Source: an uncultured Verrucomicrobiae bacterium (GTDB lineage: Bacteria > Verrucomicrobiota > Verrucomicrobiia > Chthoniobacterales > UBA10450). Taken from it: DNA of 64,000 bases. The stretch is from positions 108,056-172,055 of the forward strand of contig CAVSDR010000005.1 of assembly GCA_963726745.1 (NCBI GenBank). Direction: 5' to 3'. The translations under genes were made by a program, and so were the position numbers. Of this stretch, positions 37,396-47,553 are shown in pieces (within the stretch, counting starts at the first letter, position 1; each line of letters starts with the position of its first letter). The notes beneath the pieces are model-generated. The model was given only the letters and a program-made list of their open reading frames with translations. It made no database searches and was not told where the DNA came from.

Positions 37396-38226
37396 TCAGG
37401 ATTGCGCGACGAGTTTTTCGCGCGCCTGCAGAAGGATGCGGCGTTCGCTGCGGGTGAGGCTCCCGAGCCCCTGGCGCGCGATCTTGTCGAGCAGTGGGTC
37501 GACTTCCGCGGAGATAAATTGCTCCGCATCCATCTGGCGCAGGCGCTCGTTTTTTTGCCGGCGCCGATGGAGCGCGCGCTGGAGCGGCGAGGGCCGGCCG
37601 AAGCCGAGCAGGTGCGCATAACAAAAACCGGCCGCGGCGCCGCCGAGGATCGCGCTGTGGAGCACGGTCGCGCTCCGGTCCACGAAGACCAGCGCAACGC
37701 CGAGCGCAGTCACGGCGTAGGCGAGATATTTCGCCTTCAGGCGCACTGGGAAGACGAGGAAAACCAGCGCGGTGATTTCCAACTCCGGCAAGATGGTGGC
37801 GTAGGCCAGGACGACGGCGACCACTCCGCCCGAGGCCGCGAAGAGGACGGAGGAAGCGGGCATGAGCGCGAGATGCCCGAGTTCCCCGAGGAAGCCGCCG
37901 GCGAGGTAAAGAAAAAGAAAATGCCGCTGCCCGAGGATCGATTCCACGTCGCGGCCGAGGAGGTAAAGCACCACCATGTTGCCGGCTAAATGCCACGGCC
38001 CGGCGTGAACGAAGGGGGCGGCAAAAAATTGCCAGGCGTAGGCGCTCTCCAGGCCGGCTTCGCTGAAGCCGAGGAACTCGCGGACGAAGCCGGGCTCGTA
38101 GGCGTCGAGGATCAGTTGCGCCCCGTAGACCGCGACGTTCAAGCCAATGATCGTGAGCAGGACGAGGCGCTGACGCTGGGTCCACGGCCGGGCGATGGAC
38201 GACGATTTCCGGCCGGAAAGGCGCAT
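37396..38226 (-). CDS. rhomboid family intramembrane serine protease
   Basis: HLAGNMVVLYLLG and AASGGVVAVVLAY (GxSG) in TM helices. ATG at 38226 (the ORF track GTG at 38262 is an alternative). Confidence 0.75.
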   Translation of the reverse strand: MRLSGRKSSSIARPWTQRQRLVLLTIIGLNVAVYGAQLILDAYEPGFVREFLGFSEAGLESAYAWQFFAAPFVHAGPWHLAGNMVVLYLLGRDVESILGQRHFLFLYLAGGFLGELGHLALMPASSVLFAASGGVVAVVLAYATILPELEITALVFLVFPVRLKAKYLAYAVTALGVALVFVDRSATVLHSAILGGAAAGFCYAHLLGFGRPSPLQRALHRRRQKNERLRQMDAEQFISAEVDPLLDKIARQGLGSLTRSERRILLQAREKLVAQS

Positions 38227-38301
38227 GAGGCCGAGATTATCGCAACGCCCCGGGATTGTCACTGGATGAAACGTGCGGCCGCGTCGCGGGCGAGAAATCC
38301 G

Positions 38302-39579
38302 CTAGGGCGCCGGGGCGTTCTTGAGGATTTTCAAGGCGCGTAAGAGGCCTTCGCTCACCAGTTCGTAGAGCGGGAAATCGACGAAGAGGATGAGGTATTG
38401 GCGGTATTCCATTGCGCAGAGGAAGGCGACCGCGCCGCCGAGAATCCAGGCGCGTTGCCGGGTTACCGGCTGGATCACTTGCACCAAAAGGCCGAAGGCG
38501 AGGAGGCGCAGCGGCAGCTCCCACATGGTCGCGTAGCGCAGGTTCATCCCGTATTTCAGGTTGCACATCACGAGGTAACTCGCGCCGATGAAGACCGCGA
38601 CGAAGAGCTCCGGCTTCATCGCGCGGTTGAGCCGGAAAAGCGCGCCGATAGCCAGCAACATGACGATCGGACTCACGAGGGTGAGATCGACGATGTAGCG
38701 GTGCCATGGGCCATCGCCGGTCACGATTGCGTAGACCAGGTGATAATTTTTGCTCACCGAGAGCTGGTAAGTCGTGAGCAAGGTCTCGACCCCACCGGCG
38801 AGGAAGAGCAATCCCACCACGCCCAGCAGTGGGCCGACGACCAGGCAGCCGAGCAGCTCGCGCGTGACCGTGCCCCACTCGAGCCAGCGATTGAGCACGA
38901 TGATGGCGCCGAAGGCGATGAAGACGAAGGCGGCGTTCTCCTTCGTCAACACCATGCAGGCGAGGGCGAGCGCGAACGGCAGGAGCCAGCGCCAATCGCG
39001 CGGCGCCCGCAGGTTCTCCCAGAGCAGCCAGAGATTGAGGATCGCCCAAAAGGCGAAGAAGCCGTCGACCAGCGCATGCTGCGACATGTGAAGCTGCGTG
39101 GGCGCGAAGGCGATCAGCGCGCCCACGGCCAGCGCGGTCAGCGGACCTTTTAAGCGCCAGGCAAAGAGCGTGCTCAGGAGCAGCAGGAGCACGCTAAAGA
39201 AGGAAGCTACATCGTGCAGTGCCTGCAGCACCTCGGTGCCGAAGAGCTGGTGCCAGCTGTAGGCCGCGAAGATGTAGAGAAAACGCATCGGCGGGAGGAT
39301 GGAGCCAGTGAGCGTTTTCTGAACTTCGATGTAGCGATCGACGATGCTGGAGTAGTTCGTGAGCCCCACGCGCACGAGGCTGTTCACGTAGCCTCGATAG
39401 AGGCTTTCATCGAAGCCTACGCCGTCGAAGGCGGGATTCGGGTGCACCGCCGCGAGTGCGTGGAGCGCGCCCTCTTTCTCGAAGAGCGCCGCCGGGAGCC
39501 GCAGGAAAATGCCGGTCGCGAGGACGAGCGCGAGCGCGACGAAGAAGAGGCGGCGATGTCGGGCAGGCGGCGGCAGCAT
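38302..39579 (-). CDS. GT-C fold (ArnT/PMT-like) polytopic membrane glycosyltransferase
   Basis: 425 aa with >=9 predicted hydrophobic helices. The first loop carries GFDESLYRGY (the DE..Y motif typical of GT39/GT83-type enzymes). It is divergent from the MT-GT2 gene. Confidence 0.6.
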   Translation of the reverse strand: MLPPPARHRRLFFVALALVLATGIFLRLPAALFEKEGALHALAAVHPNPAFDGVGFDESLYRGYVNSLVRVGLTNYSSIVDRYIEVQKTLTGSILPPMRFLYIFAAYSWHQLFGTEVLQALHDVASFFSVLLLLLSTLFAWRLKGPLTALAVGALIAFAPTQLHMSQHALVDGFFAFWAILNLWLLWENLRAPRDWRWLLPFALALACMVLTKENAAFVFIAFGAIIVLNRWLEWGTVTRELLGCLVVGPLLGVVGLLFLAGGVETLLTTYQLSVSKNYHLVYAIVTGDGPWHRYIVDLTLVSPIVMLLAIGALFRLNRAMKPELFVAVFIGASYLVMCNLKYGMNLRYATMWELPLRLLAFGLLVQVIQPVTRQRAWILGGAVAFLCAMEYRQYLILFVDFPLYELVSEGLLRALKILKNAPAP

Positions 39580-39681
39580 GTGGGCAAGAATCTAGCAATT
39601 TGCGTGAAAGACAATGCGCCTTCCGAGGCCGGCGCACAGCCAGGCGGCGAGGAACACATCCTGCTTGGAAAAGAGTCGCCG

Positions 39682-41172
39682 ATGAAACCGCTCGCGCTTG
39701 CGCCCAAACCGCTGCCGCCGTCCCTCGAGGAGAGGCCGGCGCTACGCGTGCTCCCGGCGCCGGTCCTGCCCACGTTGCTCGAACAGCATCTCGAAAAGCT
39801 GCGCGCCTTTTACGAAGCGGCGCCCACGCGTTTGCGCGCAGCCGGCCTTTTCTATCGTCAGCAGCTCGCGCAACGCTATCGCCATCTCATCCCGGAAGGC
39901 GCGAGCGTGCTCGAGATCGGCTGCGGCGCGGGTCATCTGCTCGAATGCCTGCCGAATCGCGACGTGGTCGGGATCGATCTCTCGGCTACGCAAATCGCCG
40001 CGGCGCGCGCGCGGGTGGGCCATGGGGAATTTCACGTGATGGCGGGCGAGGAGTTGCAACTCGAGCGCACCTTCGACTTCGTGATCCTTTCGGAAACGGT
40101 CAACCAGGCGGCCGACGTCCAGCAGATGCTCGAGCGCATCCAGACCGTCGCGCACGGGCGCACCAGGTTGCTGCTTAATTTTTACAGCGCGCTCTGGCGG
40201 CCGCTCCTCAGCCTCGGGACGGCGCTCGGTTTGCGCGCGGCGCAGCCAGCTTCGAATTGGCTCAGCTCGACCGACCTCCGCCATCTTCTCAGCCTCGCCG
40301 GCTGGGAAGTGATGAAGCAGCAGAGCGCCCTGCTCCTGCCGCTGCGCTGCCTCGGCCTGGAGAAAATAGCCAACCGTTTCTTCACTCCGCTGCTCGCGCC
40401 GTTTGCGCTCACGCACTTCCAGGTGGCGCGACCGCTGCCGAAACCGCTCGGCGAAAAAAGCGTCACCGTGGTCATCCCCGCGCGCAACGAAGCGGGCAAC
40501 ATCGAGGCTGCGGTCCGGCGCACGCCGCGGCTCGGGCGACACACGGAGATCATTTTCATCGAGGGGAATTCGACCGATCACACTTGGAGCGAGATCGAGC
40601 GCGTGGCTGCGGCTTATCCCGATTTAGACATCAAGACGATGCGCCAGACCGGCCGCGGGAAAGGCAACGCGGTCCGCGAAGCTTTCGATGCCGCCAGCGG
40701 CGAAGTGCTGATGATCCTCGATGCCGACCTGACGATGCCGCCGGAGGAGCTGCCGAAGTTTTACCAGGTGCTGGTGAGCGGACGGGCCGATTTCGCGAAC
40801 GGCGTGCGCCTGGTCTATCCGATGGAAGAAAAGGCGATGCGCTTCTGCAATCTCTGCGCGAACAAGTTCTTCGGCGTCGCCTTTAGCTGGGCCCTCGGGC
40901 AGCCGATCAAGGACACGCTCTGCGGGACCAAGGCGCTGCTTAAATCCGACTACGAACGGATCGCGGCTAACCGCGCGCACTTCGGCGAGTTCGATCCGTT
41001 TGGCGACTTCGACCTCATCTTCGGCGCGAACCATCTGCACCTGAAGATTGGCGACATTCCCATCCGCTACCGCGACCGGACCTACGGCGAAACCAACATC
41101 CGGCGCTGGAGCAGCGGGGTGCTCCTCTTGCGGATGCTTTTCCTGGCGGTCAGGAAGATCAAATTGGTCTAG
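39682..41172 (+). CDS. bifunctional class I SAM-methyltransferase / family 2 glycosyltransferase (polyprenyl-phosphate sugar synthase-like)
   Basis: ATG 39682 inside ORF 39214..41172. The N-terminal half has VLEIGCGAGHLLECL..VVGIDLS. The C-terminal half has VTVVIPARNEAGNI...LMILDADLTMPPEEL (GT2 DxD), then a C-terminal hydrophobic tail. Confidence 0.8.
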   Translation: MKPLALAPKPLPPSLEERPALRVLPAPVLPTLLEQHLEKLRAFYEAAPTRLRAAGLFYRQQLAQRYRHLIPEGASVLEIGCGAGHLLECLPNRDVVGIDLSATQIAAARARVGHGEFHVMAGEELQLERTFDFVILSETVNQAADVQQMLERIQTVAHGRTRLLLNFYSALWRPLLSLGTALGLRAAQPASNWLSSTDLRHLLSLAGWEVMKQQSALLLPLRCLGLEKIANRFFTPLLAPFALTHFQVARPLPKPLGEKSVTVVIPARNEAGNIEAAVRRTPRLGRHTEIIFIEGNSTDHTWSEIERVAAAYPDLDIKTMRQTGRGKGNAVREAFDAASGEVLMILDADLTMPPEELPKFYQVLVSGRADFANGVRLVYPMEEKAMRFCNLCANKFFGVAFSWALGQPIKDTLCGTKALLKSDYERIAANRAHFGEFDPFGDFDLIFGANHLHLKIGDIPIRYRDRTYGETNIRRWSSGVLLLRMLFLAVRKIKLV

Positions 41173-41201
41173 AGTCCCGCGCCGCTCGGCGGCTGGACCA
41201 G

Positions 41202-42775
41202 ATGTTCGGGCGCAAAAATTTCCCTCTTCTCGCGGCGGTGCTCGGCACCCTCGGCGCGGTCGCGCTGCAGATTTTCTTCGGCCTGCATGCGGGTGCCTTG
41301 TGGCGGGATGAGGTCACCAGCGTGGAGATCGCGAGCATGTCGAGCTGGGGCGAGACCTGGGACAATCTCGCGTTTGAGTCCTTCCCCGCGCTTTTCGTCG
41401 CGCTGCTTCGCTTCGTCGCGGGCGTGCCGCACGGCGCCAGCGATGCAGAGTTGCGGGTCTTCGGCGTGGTCATCGGGCTGCTCCTGCTCGCGCTGCTCTG
41501 GGTGAACGCGCGCTGGCTGCGCTTCGGTTTGCCGCTGCTTTCCCTCGCGCTGGTTGGTTTTAATCCCATGGTCGTGCGCTACGGCGATTCCATCCGCGCC
41601 TATGGCCTGGGCATGGTGGTGATCCTTTTCGCGCTGGGCGCCTTTTGGCGGCTCACGGAAAAGCTCTCGTTAGGCCGCGTGTTCTGCGCGCTCGCGGCCG
41701 CGCTCTTGAGCGTGCAATGCCTCTACTACAACGCCTTTCTCCTCGGGGCGATTTGCCTGGGCGCGGTCACGGTGGCACTGCGGCGGCGGGATTTCCGCAC
41801 GGCGGGAACGGTGGTTGCGCTGGGCGCGCTCGCAGCGGTCTCGCTGCTGCCTTATCTCCCACGATCCACCGGGTGCAGGCGTGGAGTTTCATCTGGCAAA
41901 CGCCGTTCAAGTGGTCGGCTATTTCCGCGAAGGCGGCAGAGACTTTCGGCGCGCCGCTCGGCGGCTTCGCCTGGGTTTGGCTGGCGCTGTTCTTCTTCTC
42001 GTTAGGCGCCGGGATCTGGGCGCTGGTGCGCCAGCCGGTGGAAGACCGGACGCTCTTCGCCCTGGTGACGCTGGTCGCGGGGACGGCGGCTTACCTGGTC
42101 TTCCTGCGGATGCTGAGCTACCTCACGCAGCCGTGGTATTACATCGTCCTGCTGGCTTTTGCCGCAGTCTGCCTGGAGATGTTGCTCGCGGCGAACGTGC
42201 GGCCGGGAGTGCGCGCGCTTTTCCTGGTCGCATTTGCCGCGCTCGCTTTTCTCCCAGCGCTCAAGTCCCTCGGCGAACGTCAAACGAACATCGACCTGGT
42301 CGCGCAACGGCTGGAGGCAATGGCGGCAGCAGACGACCTGATCCTGGTAAACCCGTTTCCCTACGCGATCTCGCTGCAGTATTACTACCATGGTCGCGCC
42401 CGCGTGCGGACGATCCCGCCGATCGACGATTTGCGTTCCCATCGCGCCGATCTGCTGAAGACGCAGTTGATGGCGCAGACGCCGCTCGCGCCGATCTTCG
42501 CGCAAATCCAGGAGACGCTGCAGGGTGGCCACACCGTCTGGCTGGTGGGCGGGGTAAACTTTGTCCCGCCAAATCAGTCGCCGCTGTGGGCGCCGCCGGC
42601 AGGGGAACATCCGGATGCGAAGAGCGTGGCGCCGATTTACCGCGCGTGGAGCGAGCAAACCGCCTTCGTTTTGCAGCAGCGCGCGGCGACTTTTGAGCGC
42701 GTCCCGGTGCCGCTGGCGCAGCCCGTGATCCATTACGAAAACGTGGCCTTGAGTGCGTTTCGCGGCTGGAAGTAG
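41202..42775 (+). pseudogene. GT-C-like membrane protein (LWRDEVTSV loop motif), interrupted by 1-nt frameshift
   Basis: ORF 41202..42005 is membrane-like up to ..AAVSLLPYLP, then nonsense. ORF 41645..42775 is sensible from ..PTIHRVQAWSFIWQTPF.. onward. Confidence 0.7.
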
Positions 42776-45012
42776 CCGGCTAATTCACCGGCAGCGGCGT
42801 CCAATCGAAAGCCGGCGCCGCCGCTCGCTGCCGCTCGCCACCCGCGGCCGAGGGTCGCGAGGCCAATGAAGGCCAGCGCTCCCCAGCTGGCGATGAGGAG
42901 GGAGGGCATGCCGAGCGGCCGGAAGCGGAACTCAATGCGGTTCGCCCCGCGAGTCACGGGCACGGCGCGGAAGATGAAATTGGCGCCTTCCACCGGCTGC
43001 GCGACACCGTTGACCGTCGCCTGCCAGCTGCGCGACCAGCGATCGGTGACCATGACCCAGCCGTCGTCGGGCGCTTCGACCTCGAGGATCATTTTCTCCG
43101 GCGCATACTCCCGCACCACCGTCGGCACGCGGCTCGCGGCGGAAACTTTCGCGGGATCGAACGGCACCGGCGTCTTCTCCTGGCCGAGCATCCCGGCGCG
43201 CGAATGCCGGATGATGACCGGCCGGTCCAATTGCAGCAGATCGACCGTGTAGACGTTAAAGGTCTCGTTATCCGGCGGCAGCAGCGGCGCGTCCTTGCTG
43301 AACCAGGTGCGCTCCGCCCCGAGGGCCATGTCGCTGAACGGCGGCCATTTTGTGATCAGGTGATGGTAGTAATTCAGGAGCGGGGTGTAGTTCCACAGCT
43401 GCGGCTGGCGCGCGAGGACATTGGAATTTGCCTGCCCTTTCCCGAGCACGCGGTCAAACCGCGGCGCAAGCGAGGACACGTGCGCCTGCGGGGGATCGGC
43501 TTCCCAAGTGAAAACGGTCGCCTGCGAAAGGCGCGCGGTCGCGAGCAGATCGAGCACCGCGAGGAGCACGAAAATCCCTGGTGCGAGCGGCGCCCAGCGT
43601 TCGAAGTGGCGCGCCAGCGCCAGGCCCAGGAAGACCGGGCCGATCCAGACGATCACCAGGTGAGCTGTGGTGAGCGCGGCGTGCGGCAGTCCCACGAGGG
43701 CGATCGCGTTGACCGCCCCGAAGCCCACGAACGCGCAGACCGCCAGGAACAGCGCGAGAAATTGAAAGCCCTGGAGTGCGCGTGCGCCGGCCTTCCAGCG
43801 GGCGAGGTCGCGCGCCCCCAGGAGGGCGAGCGCCGACAGCAGGAAAATGAAATAGCCGCGCAGCATCGCGGAGTGCCGGAAGAAACGCGTTGGCGGGAGG
43901 AGATCGTACATCCAACCGCGCAGCGGGAGCGTACGCGACATCGCGCAGGCCAGCGCAAGGAGCGCAAGCGTCACGAGAAACCAGCGCCAGCCACGCTCGC
44001 CGCGATTGCCTAACGAGACCAAGGCCAGGAGCAGGGTGGCCGCGCCGGTGTAGAGGCTCAGGCAGGAGACGTCGGTGTAGCTCCAGAGTGACGGCTGCCG
44101 CATCTTCAGCTCGCCGTAGGCCGGACTCCCGAGAGTCACCAGGCTGCCCGGATGGAGCGCGTTCGACTCCAGCGCATATGGCCGGCTGATCGGCTCGCCG
44201 CGGTCGCTGTAGCCGCGGCCTTCCCACACCGCGCTGATCAGCGAAGGCGCGAGGATCACCGCACCGACGAGACCCACGACGAGCAAGCGCAGAAACGCGC
44301 GGGTGCAACGCGCGGCGGTCGGTTTTTCCAGCGAGAAAAGCGAACGACCGACTGTCCACAAGCCGAGCAAGCCGGCGGTGCAGACGGTGAACGAGGGATA
44401 GCCCGCGAGCCCGGAAAGTCCCCAGAGCGCGCCCGCCTGGAGAGCCGGGAGCCAGCGAGAGGATTGCAGGGCCACATCCAGCCGCCAGAGGATCCACGGC
44501 AGGAGCGAGAAGGAATAGACCACGAGCGAGTGCTCCGCGTGCCCGGTGTAAAACCCGGAAAAGAGATACCCGAGCGCGACCACCAGCCCGCCCCAGACAG
44601 GCGCGCGCCAATGCCGCGCGAGCAGGAGCATGCCGAAACCGCCGGCTAACCAAATCAGCAGCCAGTAGGCGATGTAACCGCCCCCGCCCGGGCCGGTGAG
44701 CGCAGCCAGCAGGATCATATCGGGCGACAAGGCTCCGGCGCCGGCGATGGCGAAATCGGGCGAGCCGCCCGCGAGCCAGGGATTCCAGAAGAGCAAATGG
44801 CCCGCGCGCGCGCAGTCGGCCACGAGCGAATAATACGGCATGCCGAGGTCGTAGGCGTCCCATTGTTCGTGGCCCTGGCCGGTGAGCAACGGCCAGTTGG
44901 CCACCGCGAAGAGCGCGGTAAGGATCAAGGCCGCGTGCCGCCAGCGCATGCGGGAGGCGCCCGCGAGCCAGCCTTCGAGAATCGCGAGAAAGGAGGAAGC
45001 GGCAGCAGGCAT
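42733..45012 (-). CDS. YfhO-family polytopic membrane protein (putative glycosyl/glycolipid transferase)
   Basis: 759 aa. The N-terminal two-thirds has many TM helices (..WDAYDLGMPYYSLVADCARAGHLLFWNPWLAGGSP..). The C-terminal extracytoplasmic domain ends with a final TM helix. Resemblance to YfhO is by recall, not by search. Confidence 0.55.
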   Translation of the reverse strand: MPAAASSFLAILEGWLAGASRMRWRHAALILTALFAVANWPLLTGQGHEQWDAYDLGMPYYSLVADCARAGHLLFWNPWLAGGSPDFAIAGAGALSPDMILLAALTGPGGGGYIAYWLLIWLAGGFGMLLLARHWRAPVWGGLVVALGYLFSGFYTGHAEHSLVVYSFSLLPWILWRLDVALQSSRWLPALQAGALWGLSGLAGYPSFTVCTAGLLGLWTVGRSLFSLEKPTAARCTRAFLRLLVVGLVGAVILAPSLISAVWEGRGYSDRGEPISRPYALESNALHPGSLVTLGSPAYGELKMRQPSLWSYTDVSCLSLYTGAATLLLALVSLGNRGERGWRWFLVTLALLALACAMSRTLPLRGWMYDLLPPTRFFRHSAMLRGYFIFLLSALALLGARDLARWKAGARALQGFQFLALFLAVCAFVGFGAVNAIALVGLPHAALTTAHLVIVWIGPVFLGLALARHFERWAPLAPGIFVLLAVLDLLATARLSQATVFTWEADPPQAHVSSLAPRFDRVLGKGQANSNVLARQPQLWNYTPLLNYYHHLITKWPPFSDMALGAERTWFSKDAPLLPPDNETFNVYTVDLLQLDRPVIIRHSRAGMLGQEKTPVPFDPAKVSAASRVPTVVREYAPEKMILEVEAPDDGWVMVTDRWSRSWQATVNGVAQPVEGANFIFRAVPVTRGANRIEFRFRPLGMPSLLIASWGALAFIGLATLGRGWRAAASGGAGFRLDAAAGELAGYFQPRNALKATFS

Positions 45013-45023
45013 CAGGCAGTCGG

Positions 45024-46982
45024 CTAGAGCGCCGCCTCGATCGTCTTCTTCAGCTCAAGGAACTCCGGCTGCTCTGGCCGCGCGCGCAACGCCGGGGCCA
45101 GTTGCGCCTGCGCCCGCGCGTAATCGCCGAGTGCGGAATAGGCGCGCGCCATCAGGAAGTGCGTCTTCGGGTCATCGGGCGATTGCTCCTGCGCGCCCCG
45201 GAAAAATTTGATCGCCAATTCCCAGCGATTCTCGCCCAGGGCGAGCACGCCGAGATTATTCCAGGCGCCTTCGTGGGTCGGATCGAGGCGGAGGGTGGCG
45301 GCATACCACGGTTTCGCCTCCGCGGTGTGGCCTTGCTCGAGCTGGAGATTGCCGAGGGCGAAATTGATCTCTGCGTTGTCCGGCACGTAGGCGTAGGCCA
45401 GCTCGAGCTTCTCCTGGGCTAACGAGTAGTTCTTTCCCTGGAGCGCCTGCCAGCCGGAGTTGTAGGGATCGAGCGCCCAGAGCGAGGGATCGCCCCGGCG
45501 AATGGAGACGAAAGTGCAGGTGGCCACGAGGAGCGCCAAATAGACGGCAAGCTCACGGAAGCGCGCGCGGCAGAGATTTTCCCAGAGCAGGTAGACCCCG
45601 AACGCAGCCAGCAACATCAACCCCGGGACGGCGGCCATGCGGTAGCGTTCGGTCACGAAAACCGTCAGGAGCGAGCCCAGGTGGAGCGCGATCGCGGCGA
45701 TGACCCAGCGGGCTTCGCGCGCGCGCCTCGCCGCGAAGGGCAGGGCCGCGAGCGCGAGCGCGGCCACGAGGCCGAAGCGCAGACCCGGCGGCAGGATTCC
45801 CTGGAGGCGGAGGTTGGTGATGATGCTGAGGTCGTCGTATTGAAAGGCGTTCCAGAAGTTGGCGATCTTCGTGCCGACCAGCCGCAGCCAGGCGCCGGGA
45901 TTCTCGCGGATGTAGGCGTTCGCCTTGGCCGACCAATATTTTGAAACTTCCGCGCGCTGGAGCTTGTGCCCCACGCTCCGCTCGGCGGTCTTGATTGAAT
46001 CGGAGAGCATTGCCTCCTGTCCGGCGTGCAGGCCGGGCGGCATCTTCGGGTAGCCATTGGCCACGGGGTTGTTGCCAATCCAGAAGTTCACCCCGCTGTG
46101 GGCCGAGAGCAGGACGGGCTCGTGCGCAACGAAGTAATTGTGCGCCCAGCACGGAAGGGTGCCGAGGCCGAGACCGGCCGCGAGCAAAACTGAGAGCACG
46201 GCCGCGCGGGTGAGTTCCACGCGATTGCGGCCGGCCCATTTAAAGAAAAGCGCGGCAATAAAAAGCGGCGCGAGGAAAAGCGTGGTGGCGATGCCCATGG
46301 CGGTGAAGCCGATGAGCAAACCAAAGAGGAAGACGACCGCGGGTCGCGGGGTCTCCTGGCGGCGCACGATCTGCCAGACGACGAACCAGAAGACAAAAAT
46401 AGCCAGCGCTGTGGGCATGAGGATGGCCGCGTAAGCCTGCGCCGGGGCGTAGCAGGCCCAGCCGCCGGCGGCGAGCAGGCCGACGATCGTGCCGCGCTGC
46501 GTCCGGAGCTTTTCCCACGGAGTGACGGCCGTGCTTGCCCGCGGAGCGGCGAAGAGATGCGCGCCCAGGCGGAAGAGGATCACGGCCGTGCCGCTATCGG
46601 CGCAGCCTTGGAGGAACGCCGGGAAGAACGGGCTATAACCAAAAACCTTGTAGAGCGCCGCGAGCAGATACGGGTAAAGCGGGAGCCCGTAGAAGGCCTG
46701 GTGATCGGTCCATTGGCCGTGGAGGATGCGCTGCGCCCAGTCGTTGTAGAAATGCATGTCGCCTTGGGCCGGCAGAAGGAAGGCCGAGGCGCTGAATTTC
46801 AAGAGTACAAGCAACCGCACGAGGAGCACGCCGGCAAACACGTAGGCCGATAGAGAGATGGTGCGCGGCAGCGCCGGGCGGAGAAGTCCCATGGCCATTC
46901 TCTTTAGCAGTGCGCGGGCCGAGCGGGGAACTTCCTGCCTGGTGGCGGCGGAAATTTGCGGCCGCATTCCAGTAATTCTCAT
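45024..46982 (-). CDS. GT-C (family 39-like) membrane glycosyltransferase fused to C-terminal TPR repeats
   Basis: 652 aa. The first loop has GDMHFYNDWAQRIL, followed by multiple TM helices. The C-terminus has TPR repeats (ALGNLQLEQGHTAEAKPWYAATLRLDPTHEGAWNNLGVLAL..). The exact start is uncertain. Confidence 0.65.
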   Translation of the reverse strand: MRITGMRPQISAATRQEVPRSARALLKRMAMGLLRPALPRTISLSAYVFAGVLLVRLLVLLKFSASAFLLPAQGDMHFYNDWAQRILHGQWTDHQAFYGLPLYPYLLAALYKVFGYSPFFPAFLQGCADSGTAVILFRLGAHLFAAPRASTAVTPWEKLRTQRGTIVGLLAAGGWACYAPAQAYAAILMPTALAIFVFWFVVWQIVRRQETPRPAVVFLFGLLIGFTAMGIATTLFLAPLFIAALFFKWAGRNRVELTRAAVLSVLLAAGLGLGTLPCWAHNYFVAHEPVLLSAHSGVNFWIGNNPVANGYPKMPPGLHAGQEAMLSDSIKTAERSVGHKLQRAEVSKYWSAKANAYIRENPGAWLRLVGTKIANFWNAFQYDDLSIITNLRLQGILPPGLRFGLVAALALAALPFAARRAREARWVIAAIALHLGSLLTVFVTERYRMAAVPGLMLLAAFGVYLLWENLCRARFRELAVYLALLVATCTFVSIRRGDPSLWALDPYNSGWQALQGKNYSLAQEKLELAYAYVPDNAEINFALGNLQLEQGHTAEAKPWYAATLRLDPTHEGAWNNLGVLALGENRWELAIKFFRGAQEQSPDDPKTHFLMARAYSALGDYARAQAQLAPALRARPEQPEFLELKKTIEAAL

Positions 46983-46996
46983 AAAGCTGGCCTGGT

Positions 46997-47012
46997 TGGC
47001 ACCACCCCTGCT
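46997..47012 (+). promoter_or_regulatory. sigma-54 (RpoN) -24/-12 promoter upstream of pilin copy A
   Basis: TGGCACcacccCTGCT against the consensus TGGCAC-N5-TTGCW. GG (46998-9) and GC (47010-1) are at canonical spacing, 78 nt upstream of ATG 47089. Confidence 0.65.
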
Positions 47013-47059
47013 TTTAACCCTCGCAACAATCGGCGGTTCTCGGATCGCCGCTTCGAACT

Positions 47060-47549
47060 AAAAAACCAAACCAGAAAGAACCAGCAAGATGTTAAACAAA
47101 TTGAACAAGAATCGCGGGGGCTTCACCCTCGTGGAAATCATGATCGTGGTCGCGATTATCGCCCTCCTGGCGGCGATCGCCGTCCCCGGCTTCCTCCGTG
47201 CCCGCAAGCGCTCGCAGGCCAGCCGGATCATCAACGATCTGCGCCTGATCGACAGCGCGGTCGACCAGTATGCGATCGAAACCAACAAGACCTCGGGCGC
47301 GACCGTGCTCGTGGCCGATTGGACCAACTACCTGAAGAAAGGGACCAACCTCTACGTGACCGGGGCGGACCTCTTCGGCAACACCTACGGCAACCAGGCC
47401 GTCGACAAACTCCCGAGCGTGCCCACGGCGACCAAGACCGCCCTCTCGGACGTGACCGACAACACCTTCTGGTCTCCGTACAACTAAGCTAAGACCCTTC
47501 ACCCACCTGTCATCCCCGCACCCCGCGGGGGTGGCAGGCAGTGAGTGGT
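47060..47549 (+). repeat. direct repeat copy 1 (pilin gene + 5' leader + 3' GC-rich stem-loop)
   Basis: Hand alignment with 49626..50128. The copies are identical except for a 12-bp insertion in the copy-2 leader, a 1-nt insertion in the copy-2 CDS, and 2 substitutions near the 3' end. Confidence 0.9.
47089..47487 (+). CDS. prepilin-type N-terminal cleavage/methylation domain protein (type IV pilin / T2SS pseudopilin-like), copy A
   Basis: 132 aa. MLNKLNKNRGGFTLVEIMIVVAIIALLAAIAVPGFLRARKRSQ is the class III signal: G|FTLVE plus a hydrophobic helix. Confidence 0.9.
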   Translation: MLNKLNKNRGGFTLVEIMIVVAIIALLAAIAVPGFLRARKRSQASRIINDLRLIDSAVDQYAIETNKTSGATVLVADWTNYLKKGTNLYVTGADLFGNTYGNQAVDKLPSVPTATKTALSDVTDNTFWSPYN

Positions 47550-47553
47550 TAAG

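Noticed and set aside
37365-37697. N-terminal 111 codons of the 1016-aa glnE ORF, and similarly the 156-codon extension of ORF 39214..41172 and the 69-codon extensions at 8231 and 8450
   Set aside because: These extensions overlap neighbouring genes or intergenic DNA and translate to Arg/Ser-rich nonsense. Internal ATGs with sensible N-termini (and in one case an SD-like GGAGAAGG) are available.
35619-44863. Long ORFs opposite glnE, the rhomboid and the GT-C genes (35619..36527 +, 36841..37989 +, 37370..38185 -, 38237..39049 -, 38398..39153 +, 39742..40581 -, 43204..44013 +, 43454..44863 -)
   Set aside because: Same reasoning. Arg/Pro/Ala-rich, no membrane or enzyme motifs, and they overlap well-supported genes.
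47494-47549. GC-rich imperfect stem-loop after each pilin copy (CCTGTCATCCCCGC-acccc-GCGGGGGTGGCAGG) as an intrinsic terminator
   Set aside because: The stem is strong (two G-T pairs), but there is no downstream T-tract. I keep it only as part of the repeat description, not as a called terminator.
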